This document shows, one piece after another, positions 29,567 to 39,159 of a DNA stretch of 64,000 nucleotides. Origin of the DNA: a bacterium (lineage in GTDB: Bacteria; UBA8248); assembly GCA_963692865.2 (NCBI GenBank), contig OY843592.1, forward strand, positions 928,001-992,000, read 5' to 3'. Each line of letters opens with the position of its first letter. Within the stretch, counting starts at the first letter, position 1. Under the pieces are notes generated by a model. That model saw only the letters and a program-made list of their open reading frames with translations, searched no databases and was not told where the DNA came from. The translations under genes were made by a program, and so were the position numbers.

Positions 29567-29644
29567 GGCGCCTCCTTCTCGGCAAGCGCAGCGTTGTCGG
29601 TACTTCCTGGAGCCAAGTGTTCCTTTTGGTTGAAGCTATCCGGT

Positions 29645-30571
29645 TTACGAGCCATGGTTCGGTTGTGTGGCGCGCATCCATTCCAGCATCGCCGTTAAAT
29701 CATGAACCCGGAAGATGGTCAGCCCCTTCTCTTGAGCGTCAATCAGGTTCCGCAAGGCATAAACTCCGCCCAGAACCGCCGCCGTCACAACCTGGGCGGT
29801 TCCGAACTCGTTCCGCCATGTGACCGCCTTGATGGCGTCGTCGTTGTTGAGCCTCTTGATGGAATTGGTCGCCGAATTCGGCACCTTGCATTCCAACGCC
29901 ATCGTCCGGCCATCATGTAGGCCGATGACGAAGTCCGCCTTACGACTGCCAAGCAAACATTCACGGCAGAACTGCCCCGGCTTCGGCGCCTTGGAGAGCG
30001 TAGATACTTTTCGGGGTGGGACCGGGTCGAAGCGGGAGCGGCGCAGTTGCGTTGCGACCAACTCTTCTTGAAGCTTCTTGCCCTTGTTGCGGCGCATCGT
30101 CTCCAGGCGGCGCATGGCGAGTAGCGTCGACGTCGCGAGTAGCGCGGCCTTGCGGTCGTGTTTTTCAGGCTTCCGCGACTCCTTGACCCAAGGGAAGCGG
30201 CGGCGATCATGCCAGTCCTGTATGAAGCCGACGAGGCGGTCTGCCAGCCCGGGGTCAGATCTGAAGCGGCTCGCGGCAAGCGACTTCACCTGAATCAGCA
30301 CCTTGAGGTCGTCTTCCGATACCGGCGGCCCGGAAAGATAGCGGAACACTTCGAGCTTGCGCTTGTCGGCCAGCAGACCCAACACTTCCGCCCGAAGATT
30401 CGCCAGATCGCCCGTCAGTCCGAGAACTTCTTCGACAACGCCCTCATATTCATCGAACAAGTCCAGGTATATCTCCAGCGGCTCGGTGTGCCGACCCTGC
30501 CGAAAGTGTTCTTCAGACTTGGTTCTGGCGGAATCCAGCTCCGCCTCTGTCCATGCGGGTGGGGCTTTCAA
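29645..30571 (-). CDS. XamI-family type II restriction endonuclease
   Basis: 'PPAWT', 'RYLSGPPVSEDDL', 'RRRFPW', 'RKAD...ECKV.NS.TNS.KRLNND'; TTG start overlaps the MTase stop. Confidence 0.8.
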   Translation of the reverse strand: MKAPPAWTEAELDSARTKSEEHFRQGRHTEPLEIYLDLFDEYEGVVEEVLGLTGDLANLRAEVLGLLADKRKLEVFRYLSGPPVSEDDLKVLIQVKSLAASRFRSDPGLADRLVGFIQDWHDRRRFPWVKESRKPEKHDRKAALLATSTLLAMRRLETMRRNKGKKLQEELVATQLRRSRFDPVPPRKVSTLSKAPKPGQFCRECLLGSRKADFVIGLHDGRTMALECKVPNSATNSIKRLNNDDAIKAVTWRNEFGTAQVVTAAVLGGVYALRNLIDAQEKGLTIFRVHDLTAMLEWMRATQPNHGS

Positions 30572-32154
30572 GCCGCCATCTCCGCCAATGCCGCCGGTTC
30601 GGGGACGACGATCCGTTCCATTTCGCGTGGTTCAAACTTGATGAGCCCGCCCGCATAGACGCGCCCGCCGTTGACCGACGACGCGCCCCGCAGGCACCTG
30701 ACCAAAGCGGACAGTACACCCGGCGCCATATTCTCGCGCGGGTAGAGCCCGTGCGCGATGTTCAGATGCCGGGCTTCGGCTTCATTGAGCACAAACGTCG
30801 GCGGGCGGCGGGCCATGTAGGTCGCCAGAATCGGCGCCGGCTCCCGCAGGCGGACGGACCACCAAGCGAACCGATGCCGCGCAACGTAACTCTTCTTTGC
30901 TCCCATTTCCTCCGCGATAGAGAGGAATTTCTCGACGGCGGCCAGATCGGCCTTGCCGAGCGTGGACAGGTCCGGCGGCAAGTCGATAACGCGCTTGAGC
31001 TCATCGGCGTCGGCCAGTACGGGGCCGGTCCGTATCAATTCCTTGGCCCGCGTCACGGTCGGGAACAACAGGCCGTCGGGCAGGCCTCCGCTGTGCTCTC
31101 CGGCTATCCACACGCGGTTGGCGCCCGTAACCTGCCCTCTGTGCACGCGGCACAATTCACCCAGTTTGACATAGTCCTCCGGGATCTCGGTCGGCGTCCG
31201 CGTGAAGTGGGACCAGCGCTTCTCGGCAATCAGCCGCTCACGGCGGACGCGGCGTCCGCCACTCAAATCGCCAAGGCCCGACGGTTGCGTGATCCTGGCG
31301 AGGCGCGCCGACGTGGGCTTGCCGTTTACGGTGAAGGTCGTGACGGCCCCGGTCGTGGCCGTGTCCGGGAAGAGCTCGGCCTTCGGTTCGATCATGTAAA
31401 CGCTTTGCCCGCCGAGACGATCAAGAAACAGGTCGCGGACCAGTTGCCCGTAGTTCACGTCGAGCCATTCCGCTGCGGTGATGAGCGCGCCATAGTCGTC
31501 CGCCTTCGCCCGACGGGCGATGGCGAGGAAAAAATAGACGTGAAGCCCCGCCAACGCGCTTGCCCGGAGCCCCATGGCGTCGGCTTGATTCTTGAGCCAA
31601 TCCTTGTGTTTCGGATCGATCAGATGGTGCCGCACGTAAGGCGGGTTGCCGACGAACAACGTTCGACCATTCGAGCCGCCGAGATCGGACGTGAGGAAAT
31701 CTTCGACGCGTACTTCGGCCCGATCGGCCATGCCGGACGCGGCCAGATTCGCGCGGGCCGTCAGTGCGGCCAGCGGGTCACGCTCGATTGCAATCAACAG
31801 GGCGCGCGGGAAGCGTCGCCCGGCTTCCAGCAGAAAACGGCCGGAGCCTGCGCCGGGATCGATCACGCGGTCGGGCTCGCCGACGGTCTCGGCCCAGGAT
31901 AGCATCGCCTTGACGATGGCCGGCGGCGTGTAGACTGCGCCGTCTGCTCGGCGCTGCGCGGACGGCCGCAGTTCGCAGAATGCTTCGCCGAGCGGGTCGC
32001 CGCCCTTTTGGATATTGTCGAGCGCGTCGGCGATCAAGTCGCCGGGAACGTCGGGCGCATCGGCGAACAATGCGGTCTCTTGCTCGGTTATGCGCGTCGT
32101 CGTCGCTCCAAGAGCGGCCGACAGACCGGCGAGCATCGCTTCATCGGAAACCAT
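30568..32154 (-). CDS. N6-adenine DNA methyltransferase (partner of the XamI-family REase)
   Basis: GAVYTP, DPGAGSGRF, GNPPYVRH, YAGGLIKFEPRE; start uncertain (ORF open to 32226). Confidence 0.9.
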   Translation of the reverse strand: MVSDEAMLAGLSAALGATTTRITEQETALFADAPDVPGDLIADALDNIQKGGDPLGEAFCELRPSAQRRADGAVYTPPAIVKAMLSWAETVGEPDRVIDPGAGSGRFLLEAGRRFPRALLIAIERDPLAALTARANLAASGMADRAEVRVEDFLTSDLGGSNGRTLFVGNPPYVRHHLIDPKHKDWLKNQADAMGLRASALAGLHVYFFLAIARRAKADDYGALITAAEWLDVNYGQLVRDLFLDRLGGQSVYMIEPKAELFPDTATTGAVTTFTVNGKPTSARLARITQPSGLGDLSGGRRVRRERLIAEKRWSHFTRTPTEIPEDYVKLGELCRVHRGQVTGANRVWIAGEHSGGLPDGLLFPTVTRAKELIRTGPVLADADELKRVIDLPPDLSTLGKADLAAVEKFLSIAEEMGAKKSYVARHRFAWWSVRLREPAPILATYMARRPPTFVLNEAEARHLNIAHGLYPRENMAPGVLSALVRCLRGASSVNGGRVYAGGLIKFEPREMERIVVPEPAALAEMAA

Positions 32155-32367
32155 GTCGATGCGCCTGTGAGTCATGGTCGGATGTCTCGGGCGTGTTGAA
32201 TGCTGATTGAACCGCAAGCATAGCAATGAACCAACCCGTATGGCCAGCGTTCTTTCTCAAGACGTTTTTTGGCCTTGGCGTCATCGGGGAACATGTTCAT
32301 CATTTTGATTGGCGAGACGCCTTCCCTCACGGATCGTCAAGAGAAAATGTGGCCCTGCCGTATCATT

Positions 32368-32985
32368 TCAATACTTCCTCAGCACGCCCACGACGACGCC
32401 CTGGATATGGAGGTCCGCTTCGTTCACCATGATGGGCGCCATCGCCTCGTTGGCGGGCTGGAGCCTGACTTGCGCGCCTTCCCGGTAGAAGCGCTTGAGT
32501 GTGGCGGATTCGCCTTCCACGAGCGCCACCACGGTCTCGCCGTTGAGCGCGTTGCTCCGGCTCTCCACGATCACGTAGTCCCCGTCCTGGATGTGGTCTT
32601 CGATCATGGAATCGCCCTTTACTTTCAGGACGTAGAGGTTGCTGTCGCCGGAGGACCAGGGAAGGGGAATGGTTTCGGTGTCCTCTATCGCCTCGAGCGG
32701 CATGCCCGCCGCGATCATGCCGCGCAGGGGGAGCTCCACCCGCCCCGGCTCGGCGCTCGCGGCGATGGTGTCCGAACCCGGGATGAGCTCGATGGCCCGG
32801 CTCCTGTTCCAGCTTCTCTTGATGAGGCCTTTTTCCGCAATGTTCTGCAGGTGCTTGTGCACCGTGGCGGGCGAGGTGAGGTGGAAGTGCTTGCCGATCT
32901 CCACGATGGAGGGGGCGTAGCCGTTGGAGCCGATGAACTCCTTGATGAACTCGTAAATTTCTCGTTGCCTGCGCGTGAGGAACAT
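32368..32985 (-). CDS. lexA: SOS repressor LexA
   Basis: LTRRQ..GYAPS..EI HTH, IAAG cleavage site, GDSM, TLKR; AGGAGG RBS. Confidence 0.95.
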   Translation of the reverse strand: MFLTRRQREIYEFIKEFIGSNGYAPSIVEIGKHFHLTSPATVHKHLQNIAEKGLIKRSWNRSRAIELIPGSDTIAASAEPGRVELPLRGMIAAGMPLEAIEDTETIPLPWSSGDSNLYVLKVKGDSMIEDHIQDGDYVIVESRSNALNGETVVALVEGESATLKRFYREGAQVRLQPANEAMAPIMVNEADLHIQGVVVGVLRKY

Positions 32986-32999
32986 GTGAGACCTCCTTT

Positions 33000-34373
33000 T
33001 CAGAATCGTTGGGTCGGACCCGAAGCATCCTTCCGGGCCCACGACGTGAGGATTTCCAGATGAGCGGTATGGGGGAACATGTCGAACACGAAAGCGGTCT
33101 TGACGCGGTAGCCGTTCGATACAAGTTCGCGGGCGTCGCGCGCGAGGGTGGCCGGATTGCAGGAGACGTAGACGACCCGCTCGGGCGCGAGCCCCGCGAT
33201 CAGGGGCATGGCGTCGAGCGCGCCCTTTCTGGGCGGGTCGAGCACGACGACGTCGGGCGCGCGCCCCCCGAGTTTCGAGACGACTTCTTCTTTCGTGAGC
33301 TTATGGACGCTTGAGTGAAGAAACTCCGCGTTGGCGACTCCGTTCTCCTCCCGGTTGAACCCGGCGTCGGCCACGGCGTAGGGGTTTTCCTCGACCCCCA
33401 GCACGCGTTCCGCCCTCAGCGCCAGAGGAAGGGAGAAATTTCCCGCTCCGCAGTAGAGGTCCAGAACGACGGCTCCATCGTTCAACCCGCACTCTTCGGC
33501 CACGCTTTTCACCAGCAGTCGATTCAGCGCGCGGTTCGGCTGAATGAAGGATTCGGGCGATACGCCCAGGCATAATTCGGGGTGCTCCGGGTCGGGCCGG
33601 TACCGCGCCCGCCAGCGGGGCGGTTCCCCGGGTTCGCGTCTGCCGGCCATGGCCAGCGGAAAGTGGTTTTCTTCGGCGAATTTCCTCCAGGCGCTCAGCG
33701 TCCTGCGGTCGATTTTCCGGTTTCCGCGCTCCCGGTAACCCGACTTGTAAATGTAGAGGCCCACGGCTGTCTCTTCCGCTTCATCAAGGGAGGTAATCTC
33801 CACGGCCTCGATTCTCCTCGCCCTGGGCTCCGCCTGGAGGAGATGCCTGAGCTGGCCGAGCGCGTCGGCGATGGGTTGTTCCACCAGCAGGCAGTCTTCG
33901 ACTTCGACCAGGCGCCGCACGCCCGGAGCGAAAAAGCCGATCCCGGAGCCTCGTATCTGAAACCGCGCGCGCATGCGGTAGCGCTCCTCGTTTTCGGGGA
34001 GCGCGACGGTTTGCGCGGGAACGCCAAGGTCTATCTTGCCGATGCGGGCGAGGGCGTCGAGAAAAATTCGCTTCTTGGCCTTCAACTGGGTCCGGGGCGC
34101 GACGTGCTGCAAGGCGCATCCCCCGCAGTCGCTCCAATGGACGCACGGGGGCGCGGTTCGCCCGGGGCCCGCCTGGGTGACTTCCGCGAGTTCGCCGATC
34201 AGGTACTTCCCCTTCTCCTTGACGATGCGGAAGCGGACGGTGTCTCCGGGGGCCGTCCCGGGGATGAATACGGCGCGGCCCTCCAGGCGGGCCACGCCCG
34301 CCCCGCCCGTGGCGATGCTCTCCACCCACGCTTCATGGACGACCTTGTTTTGATCCAGAAGAAGGGTGTTCAC
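33000..34373 (-). CDS. rlmD: TRAM-domain m5U RNA methyltransferase (RlmD/RumA family)
   Basis: CVHWSDCGGC Fe-S motif, DLYCGAG, LDPPRKG, YVSCNPATLARD, DMFPHT.H.E. Confidence 0.85.
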   Translation of the reverse strand: MNTLLLDQNKVVHEAWVESIATGGAGVARLEGRAVFIPGTAPGDTVRFRIVKEKGKYLIGELAEVTQAGPGRTAPPCVHWSDCGGCALQHVAPRTQLKAKKRIFLDALARIGKIDLGVPAQTVALPENEERYRMRARFQIRGSGIGFFAPGVRRLVEVEDCLLVEQPIADALGQLRHLLQAEPRARRIEAVEITSLDEAEETAVGLYIYKSGYRERGNRKIDRRTLSAWRKFAEENHFPLAMAGRREPGEPPRWRARYRPDPEHPELCLGVSPESFIQPNRALNRLLVKSVAEECGLNDGAVVLDLYCGAGNFSLPLALRAERVLGVEENPYAVADAGFNREENGVANAEFLHSSVHKLTKEEVVSKLGGRAPDVVVLDPPRKGALDAMPLIAGLAPERVVYVSCNPATLARDARELVSNGYRVKTAFVFDMFPHTAHLEILTSWARKDASGPTQRF

Positions 34374-34561
34374 GGCAACCGGGCCCTTATGACATATATT
34401 TCACGAAAGTAACGCATCCCTAATACAAACAAATTACGAATAATTTTGCAAGTCTTTTTTCGTTTTTACTTTTCGGAAGATTTCGGGCGATAATCTCCGA
34501 AATTTCGGGACAAACGGACATATTTTGGGTGATGTCCGACTTATGCTTCCAGGGGGGGGAG

Positions 34562-35290
34562 ATGAAAATGCCGTCCGTTCGGTATGAGAAGGAAAACGCT
34601 CTCGGCCGCGTCACGCTCGCTCGCGCCTCCGAGGCGAACCGCCTGACGTTCGAGATGATGGGAGAACTCACCGAAGCCCTCCTTCGGGCGGGAGAGGAGT
34701 GCGACGTCGTGCTGCTGAGCGGAGAGGGCGCGGATTTTTGCGCGGGCAGGGAGAGCGTGCGCGGCGGCGCCGGGCTGCCGCCGGTGAACGTGATACGGGA
34801 GCGCTTCCGCCGGATCGTTCGGATGAACGACGCACTGGAGTTCTCTCCCGCCGTGACGGTGGCGGCGCTGAGGGGCCGCGCCTACGGGCCGGGGGCGGGG
34901 CTCGTCAGCCGCGCCGACATCGTGCTGGCTTCCGATACCGCGCGGATCGCCTTTCCCGAGATCAGGGAGGGTTTTCCGCCCACGGTGGTCATCAGCCACC
35001 TGGCGAGGAAGCTGGACAGACGCCACGGCTTCGAGATGGTCATCACGGGCCGGGAGATCGACGCCGAAGAGGGCAGGCGGGTCGGCATGGTGAATCACGT
35101 GGTGGCGGACGCGGAGCTCGATGCGGAGGCAGAGCGCCTGTGCGCGGATTTGGCCGCTCTGGGCGGCGATTCCCTGAGGCCGACCAAGAGTTTCTACCGC
35201 TTCGCCGAGACGGCCAGGCCCGAGGCGAACGCGGATCACGCGGTCAACCTCATCGCCAACGCCATACACGCGAAAGGAAACGTCGGTTAG
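34562..35290 (+). CDS. Enoyl-CoA hydratase/isomerase family protein
   Basis: GEGADFCAG, FPEIREG, TGREIDAEE. Confidence 0.88.
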   Translation: MKMPSVRYEKENALGRVTLARASEANRLTFEMMGELTEALLRAGEECDVVLLSGEGADFCAGRESVRGGAGLPPVNVIRERFRRIVRMNDALEFSPAVTVAALRGRAYGPGAGLVSRADIVLASDTARIAFPEIREGFPPTVVISHLARKLDRRHGFEMVITGREIDAEEGRRVGMVNHVVADAELDAEAERLCADLAALGGDSLRPTKSFYRFAETARPEANADHAVNLIANAIHAKGNVG

Positions 35291-35408
35291 TCTCCGGCCT
35301 TTGACGAATCGCGCGCGCGGGGCCTAATCTCGACGGACGAAAATTTCAGGGGAAGATGGGGCGCGAAAGTTTGCGCTCGCTTCGTCGCATTTCAAGGAGA
35401 ACGGATTG

Positions 35409-37073
35409 ATGGCGACCATGACGGCTGGACACGCGGTGGCGGATGCGCTGGCGAAACTGGGGGTGAGGCACGTAATCGGCATGGCGGGTTCGTGCATGAT
35501 CGAGATACTGGACGGCATGTACGGCCGCGAGGACATCTCCTTCCTCACGGTGCGCCACGAGCAAAGCGCCGCCCTCATGGCGGACGCCTACGCGCGGCTC
35601 ACCGGCGAGGTGGGCGTGTGCATGGCGACCAACGGCCCCGGCGCCACGAACCTCGTCACCGGCGTGGCGCACTCGATGATGGCGCAAAGCCCGGTGTTGG
35701 TCATCACCGGCGCTCCCATGATGAAGGACACCTTCCGCGAGTCCACCCAGGAACTCGACCAGATCGCCATGTTCGCCCCCATGGTGAAGTGGTCGGTGCA
35801 GGTGAGAAAACCCGAGCGCGCCTTCGACGTCATCAACGAAGCCTGTCACGTGGCGACCTCCGGCGTGCCCGGTCCCGTGCACGTCGACCTGCCGCGCGAC
35901 GTGTTGAACGAGACGGCGGAGTATCCGGAAGGAAACGGCGCGGTTCCCGTGAGCCGGGCGCGGCTCGCCCCCGACCCTGATGCGGTCGCGCGGGCGGCGG
36001 CGCTGCTCGGCTCCGCCGAGCGGCCCCTGCTCATCGGAGGAGGCGGCGTGCTCTGGGACGAGGCGAGCGGCGATCTGGCAGCGCTTGCCGAAGCGCTCGA
36101 CGCTCCCGTCATGACCTCCACCGGCCGGGACGACGTGGTCCCGAACGGGCATCCCCTGTTCCTGGGTTCGATTGGCCGAGGGACTCTGCCCGAGGCGCGC
36201 GCGCTTTTTGAGAAGGCGGACGTCGTGTTCGCCGTCGGCACGAGGCTCGCGCACTCGACCACGTTCCTGCGACCCGATTTCTTCGGGGGCGCGAAGCTCA
36301 TTCACGCGGCCGTGGACCCGCATAACATAGGGCGCAATTTCGCCACCGAGGTGGGGATGAACGCGGAGGCGGGGCTTGCGCTCCGGGCCGTGCTCGGCGC
36401 GCTGGGTGAAAGGGGTGAGCGCCCCGCGTGGCGGGCGGAGGCAGCGGCGGTGCGCGACGCGCAGGAAAAACACCGCGCGCGCGCGCTCGAATACGGCGGG
36501 AAGCCCATCGACCCCAGGCGCGCCCAGATGGCTCTCGCGAGAGTCCTGCCCGAAAACACCATCATTACGAACGACGCGGGCAGCGCGGCGGGGTATATTT
36601 ATGAGTACCAGCGGTTCGACCAGGCCAGGAGTTTCGTGGCGCCCCAGGATCTGGCGGCCATCGGTATCGGCTATCCCCTGGGGCTGGGGGCCAAGCTGGC
36701 GCGTCCGCATCAAAAGGTCGTCACCATCAGCGGAGACGGCGCGTTCCTGTGCAACGGGGCCGAACTGGAGACCGCGATGCGCGAGAACCTGCCGACCGTC
36801 TGCGTCATCCTGAACAATTTCAACCTGGGTTCGGAGCGCGCCTACCAGAAGCATTTCTACGAGGGTCGCTACATCGCCGACGCCATCGGCAACCCCAGGT
36901 TCGACGAATACGCGCGCGTCTTCGGCGCGGCGGGCTACCGCGTGGAAGATCCGGAGGACCTCGAAGACGTCTACGCCCAGGCGCTCTCCGAAGAGGGCCC
37001 CGCCGTGGTGGACGTGATCATCGATCAGGACGTCTTCCCCGAACCCAGGCGCAAGGACGCGGTGAAGAAGTAG
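35409..37073 (+). CDS. Thiamine-diphosphate enzyme (acetolactate synthase / Xsc-like)
   Basis: RHEQ, GPGATN, GPVHVDLP, GDGA...NN TPP motif. Confidence 0.9.
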   Translation: MATMTAGHAVADALAKLGVRHVIGMAGSCMIEILDGMYGREDISFLTVRHEQSAALMADAYARLTGEVGVCMATNGPGATNLVTGVAHSMMAQSPVLVITGAPMMKDTFRESTQELDQIAMFAPMVKWSVQVRKPERAFDVINEACHVATSGVPGPVHVDLPRDVLNETAEYPEGNGAVPVSRARLAPDPDAVARAAALLGSAERPLLIGGGGVLWDEASGDLAALAEALDAPVMTSTGRDDVVPNGHPLFLGSIGRGTLPEARALFEKADVVFAVGTRLAHSTTFLRPDFFGGAKLIHAAVDPHNIGRNFATEVGMNAEAGLALRAVLGALGERGERPAWRAEAAAVRDAQEKHRARALEYGGKPIDPRRAQMALARVLPENTIITNDAGSAAGYIYEYQRFDQARSFVAPQDLAAIGIGYPLGLGAKLARPHQKVVTISGDGAFLCNGAELETAMRENLPTVCVILNNFNLGSERAYQKHFYEGRYIADAIGNPRFDEYARVFGAAGYRVEDPEDLEDVYAQALSEEGPAVVDVIIDQDVFPEPRRKDAVKK

Positions 37074-37153
37074 GGTGCCGGCGTTTCGGCGTCATTTCTT
37101 CGGTCGGGATTCACCCACCTCGCGGCATCGGGCTTCGCAGAACGCTTGACGCT

Positions 37154-37350
37154 CTCATCCCGGGCAAGCGCCCCGAACCCTCATCCCGAGTAGGCGCGCA
37201 AGCGCCGTATCGAAGGATGGGGGCGCATCTCTCCGGCGGGCGCGAATTTCGCCCTTCGATACGCGGCTTCGCCGCTACTCAGGGTGAGGCGGAGCGGCGG
37301 GCTGCGCAGGACGAGGGGGGGATTGCGCCGCATCGGACTTTTTCAATAAC
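37154..37350. repeat. REP-like doublet plus orphan MITE right end
   Basis: CCTCATCCCGAGTAG...TATCGAAGG / CCTTCGATAC...CTACTCAGGGTGAGG, then GACTTTTTCAATAACC. Confidence 0.65.
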
Positions 37351-37468
37351 CTCCTCAAGGGGGGAGTGTTCCCAAGCGAAGGGAAATGGTTCCAAATCGT
37401 GGCGGGAAACGCGCTTGTGCTTCGGCTTTATCCCCTCGCTTCCGCACCTGGCATAATGAAGCAACCGC

Positions 37469-38773
37469 TCAACGCTCCAGCAGACGAAGGCGTTTGCGAA
37501 AGCCTTTCGTAATGCTCTCCAAAAGCCGTTCGGGGAAATCGGGCGGCAGACCGTTCTTCACGTTCGATATCGCCGCTTCTCCTCGTTCGAGGAGTTCATC
37601 GAATATCTCACGGACGATGCTTTCACCCATGCCGCCTGCCGCCGCCGTTTGCAGAAAATGGCGCGGGACAATCTCGTTTACGGCGTAATGGCGGTTTTTA
37701 CCGATAGACATCGCCATCTTCATATCGCGTTGCCGGAGTTGGTGAGCGTCGAAGTTCGGCTGAACCGACATCACGTCATAGAAGGGCGTCAAAGAAAACC
37801 CACTGCGGGGATGAAGGAAGAGGCTGAAGTTCTTGGCGTGTCCGTCGGTGGCGGCGAGAAGCCAGAAGACGACGGCCGCCTTCATGATCGTCTTTCGATC
37901 ATGTTCGGGTTCGTCGCTACCTGTGAACAGGTCGAGCAGTTCGGGAAGAGCGGGTCCTCCGTCGCTCTCGTATTTTTTAGCTGAGAGCATGGAAAGCGCC
38001 TGGCAACAGTCTTCCTGCGGCAGGCGCAGGAGGCGCCCGTCTTTCGCCCAGAGCCGATCGAATCGCTCCACGACCAACGTCTTCCTTCCTCCGAACATCT
38101 CCATGCGGGTGTCGGCTACGGGCATGCCGAGCATGGCGATGAGCCGCATGCAAAGATGCTCATTTTCGACGGAAAGCGAGAGGTCGACGCCGTCGCCTCT
38201 CAGACCAATCTGCGGTTTGAGGATATGGGTCGTCGCCGTCGAGCCGTATGGAATATGCCACTCGTCCTTCCAGTACAGGAGGGCTGTCTTTTCCTGCGCG
38301 CCTGCGAGCGAGATGCGGAAATCCTCGTGCGCGCCGATGCCGAGCGGACTGTTCGCCAGACCGGCGAGAATACCGGCGATTTCATTCTCATTTACTGCGT
38401 GCGCCTGCACCGAGCCTGCTTGACCGGGGTCTTCTCCTTCCGGCAGAAACTGCAAGGCGCCGACGCAATCGCGGCCGACCACGCCGATCAGGCTGAAGAA
38501 GTCTGCGTCCGCCGCGCGCGATCGTTCGGCCAGTCTGCGGCGAATGTCGAGGTTGTCCGGGAGCAGATTGTCGAGCACGGCGATAACCGTCGTGCCGAGA
38601 TAGGGGTCTTCACGCAGCGGCATGGATAGCGAAACCGGAAAACCGTGCTCCCAGGCGAGCCAACTCTCATCGTAGCGAAAATCGATGGCTCCGCTCGACG
38701 CCTTGCGCAACCAGCCGACGAGGCGGCCGTTCATATAGACGGCAAGCGGTATGTAGGCGCGTCGTCTGGCTAT
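37469..38773 (-). CDS. hipA: HipA-family kinase toxin (expected start codon reads ATA; first ATG at 38734)
   Basis: SLAGAQEK, THILKP, ERFDR, QED, DGHAKNFS, PFYD. Confidence 0.9.
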   Translation of the reverse strand: MARRRAYIPLAVYMNGRLVGWLRKASSGAIDFRYDESWLAWEHGFPVSLSMPLREDPYLGTTVIAVLDNLLPDNLDIRRRLAERSRAADADFFSLIGVVGRDCVGALQFLPEGEDPGQAGSVQAHAVNENEIAGILAGLANSPLGIGAHEDFRISLAGAQEKTALLYWKDEWHIPYGSTATTHILKPQIGLRGDGVDLSLSVENEHLCMRLIAMLGMPVADTRMEMFGGRKTLVVERFDRLWAKDGRLLRLPQEDCCQALSMLSAKKYESDGGPALPELLDLFTGSDEPEHDRKTIMKAAVVFWLLAATDGHAKNFSLFLHPRSGFSLTPFYDVMSVQPNFDAHQLRQRDMKMAMSIGKNRHYAVNEIVPRHFLQTAAAGGMGESIVREIFDELLERGEAAISNVKNGLPPDFPERLLESITKGFRKRLRLLER

Positions 38774-39027
38774 CGGAACAGGACCTCAATCTCATCGATC
38801 GCGCTCCGGCTGCGCGGTCGGACGACCAATTCCAACTCCAGCGCAGCGAGAGACGCCATCAGGGTGTGAAGGCGGCTGGTCGACGAGCCACCTTCCAGCT
38901 TGGAGATGGTGGCCTGGCGCATGTGGATTTTTTCGCCGAGTTCCGCTTGGGTGAAACCGCGCTGTTTGCGGACCCGACGAAGAGCCTCTCCCAGTTGCTT
39001 TTCCGATCGGGTAACATGCTCTCTCAT
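38770..39027 (-). CDS. hipB: HipB-like XRE antitoxin
   Basis: HTH 'TQAELGEK..MRQATISKLE' immediately upstream of hipA. Confidence 0.88.
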   Translation of the reverse strand: MREHVTRSEKQLGEALRRVRKQRGFTQAELGEKIHMRQATISKLEGGSSTSRLHTLMASLAALELELVVRPRSRSAIDEIEVLFR

Positions 39028-39051
39028 CTTCTATTCCTCCTCAAAAGTTGA

Positions 39052-39123
39052 TATGCGTTAAAACGTATAATATGTCAATATACGATTTATAGTATATTAA
39101 ATATATATACATGATAGCGTATA
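39052..39123. promoter_or_regulatory. Three HipB-type operators TAT(A/G)C-N8-GTATA
   Basis: 39052-39069, 39079-39096 and 39106-39123; exact 27-bp period. Confidence 0.8.
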
Positions 39124-39159
39124 ATAATTTTTGCTACGGGCAATCGGATGAAAGAGAAC

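Noticed and set aside
32289-32298. GAACATGTTC as a Gram-positive-type SOS box
   Set aside because: The spacer is 2 bp rather than the 4 bp of GAAC-N4-GTTC, and it is a single instance.
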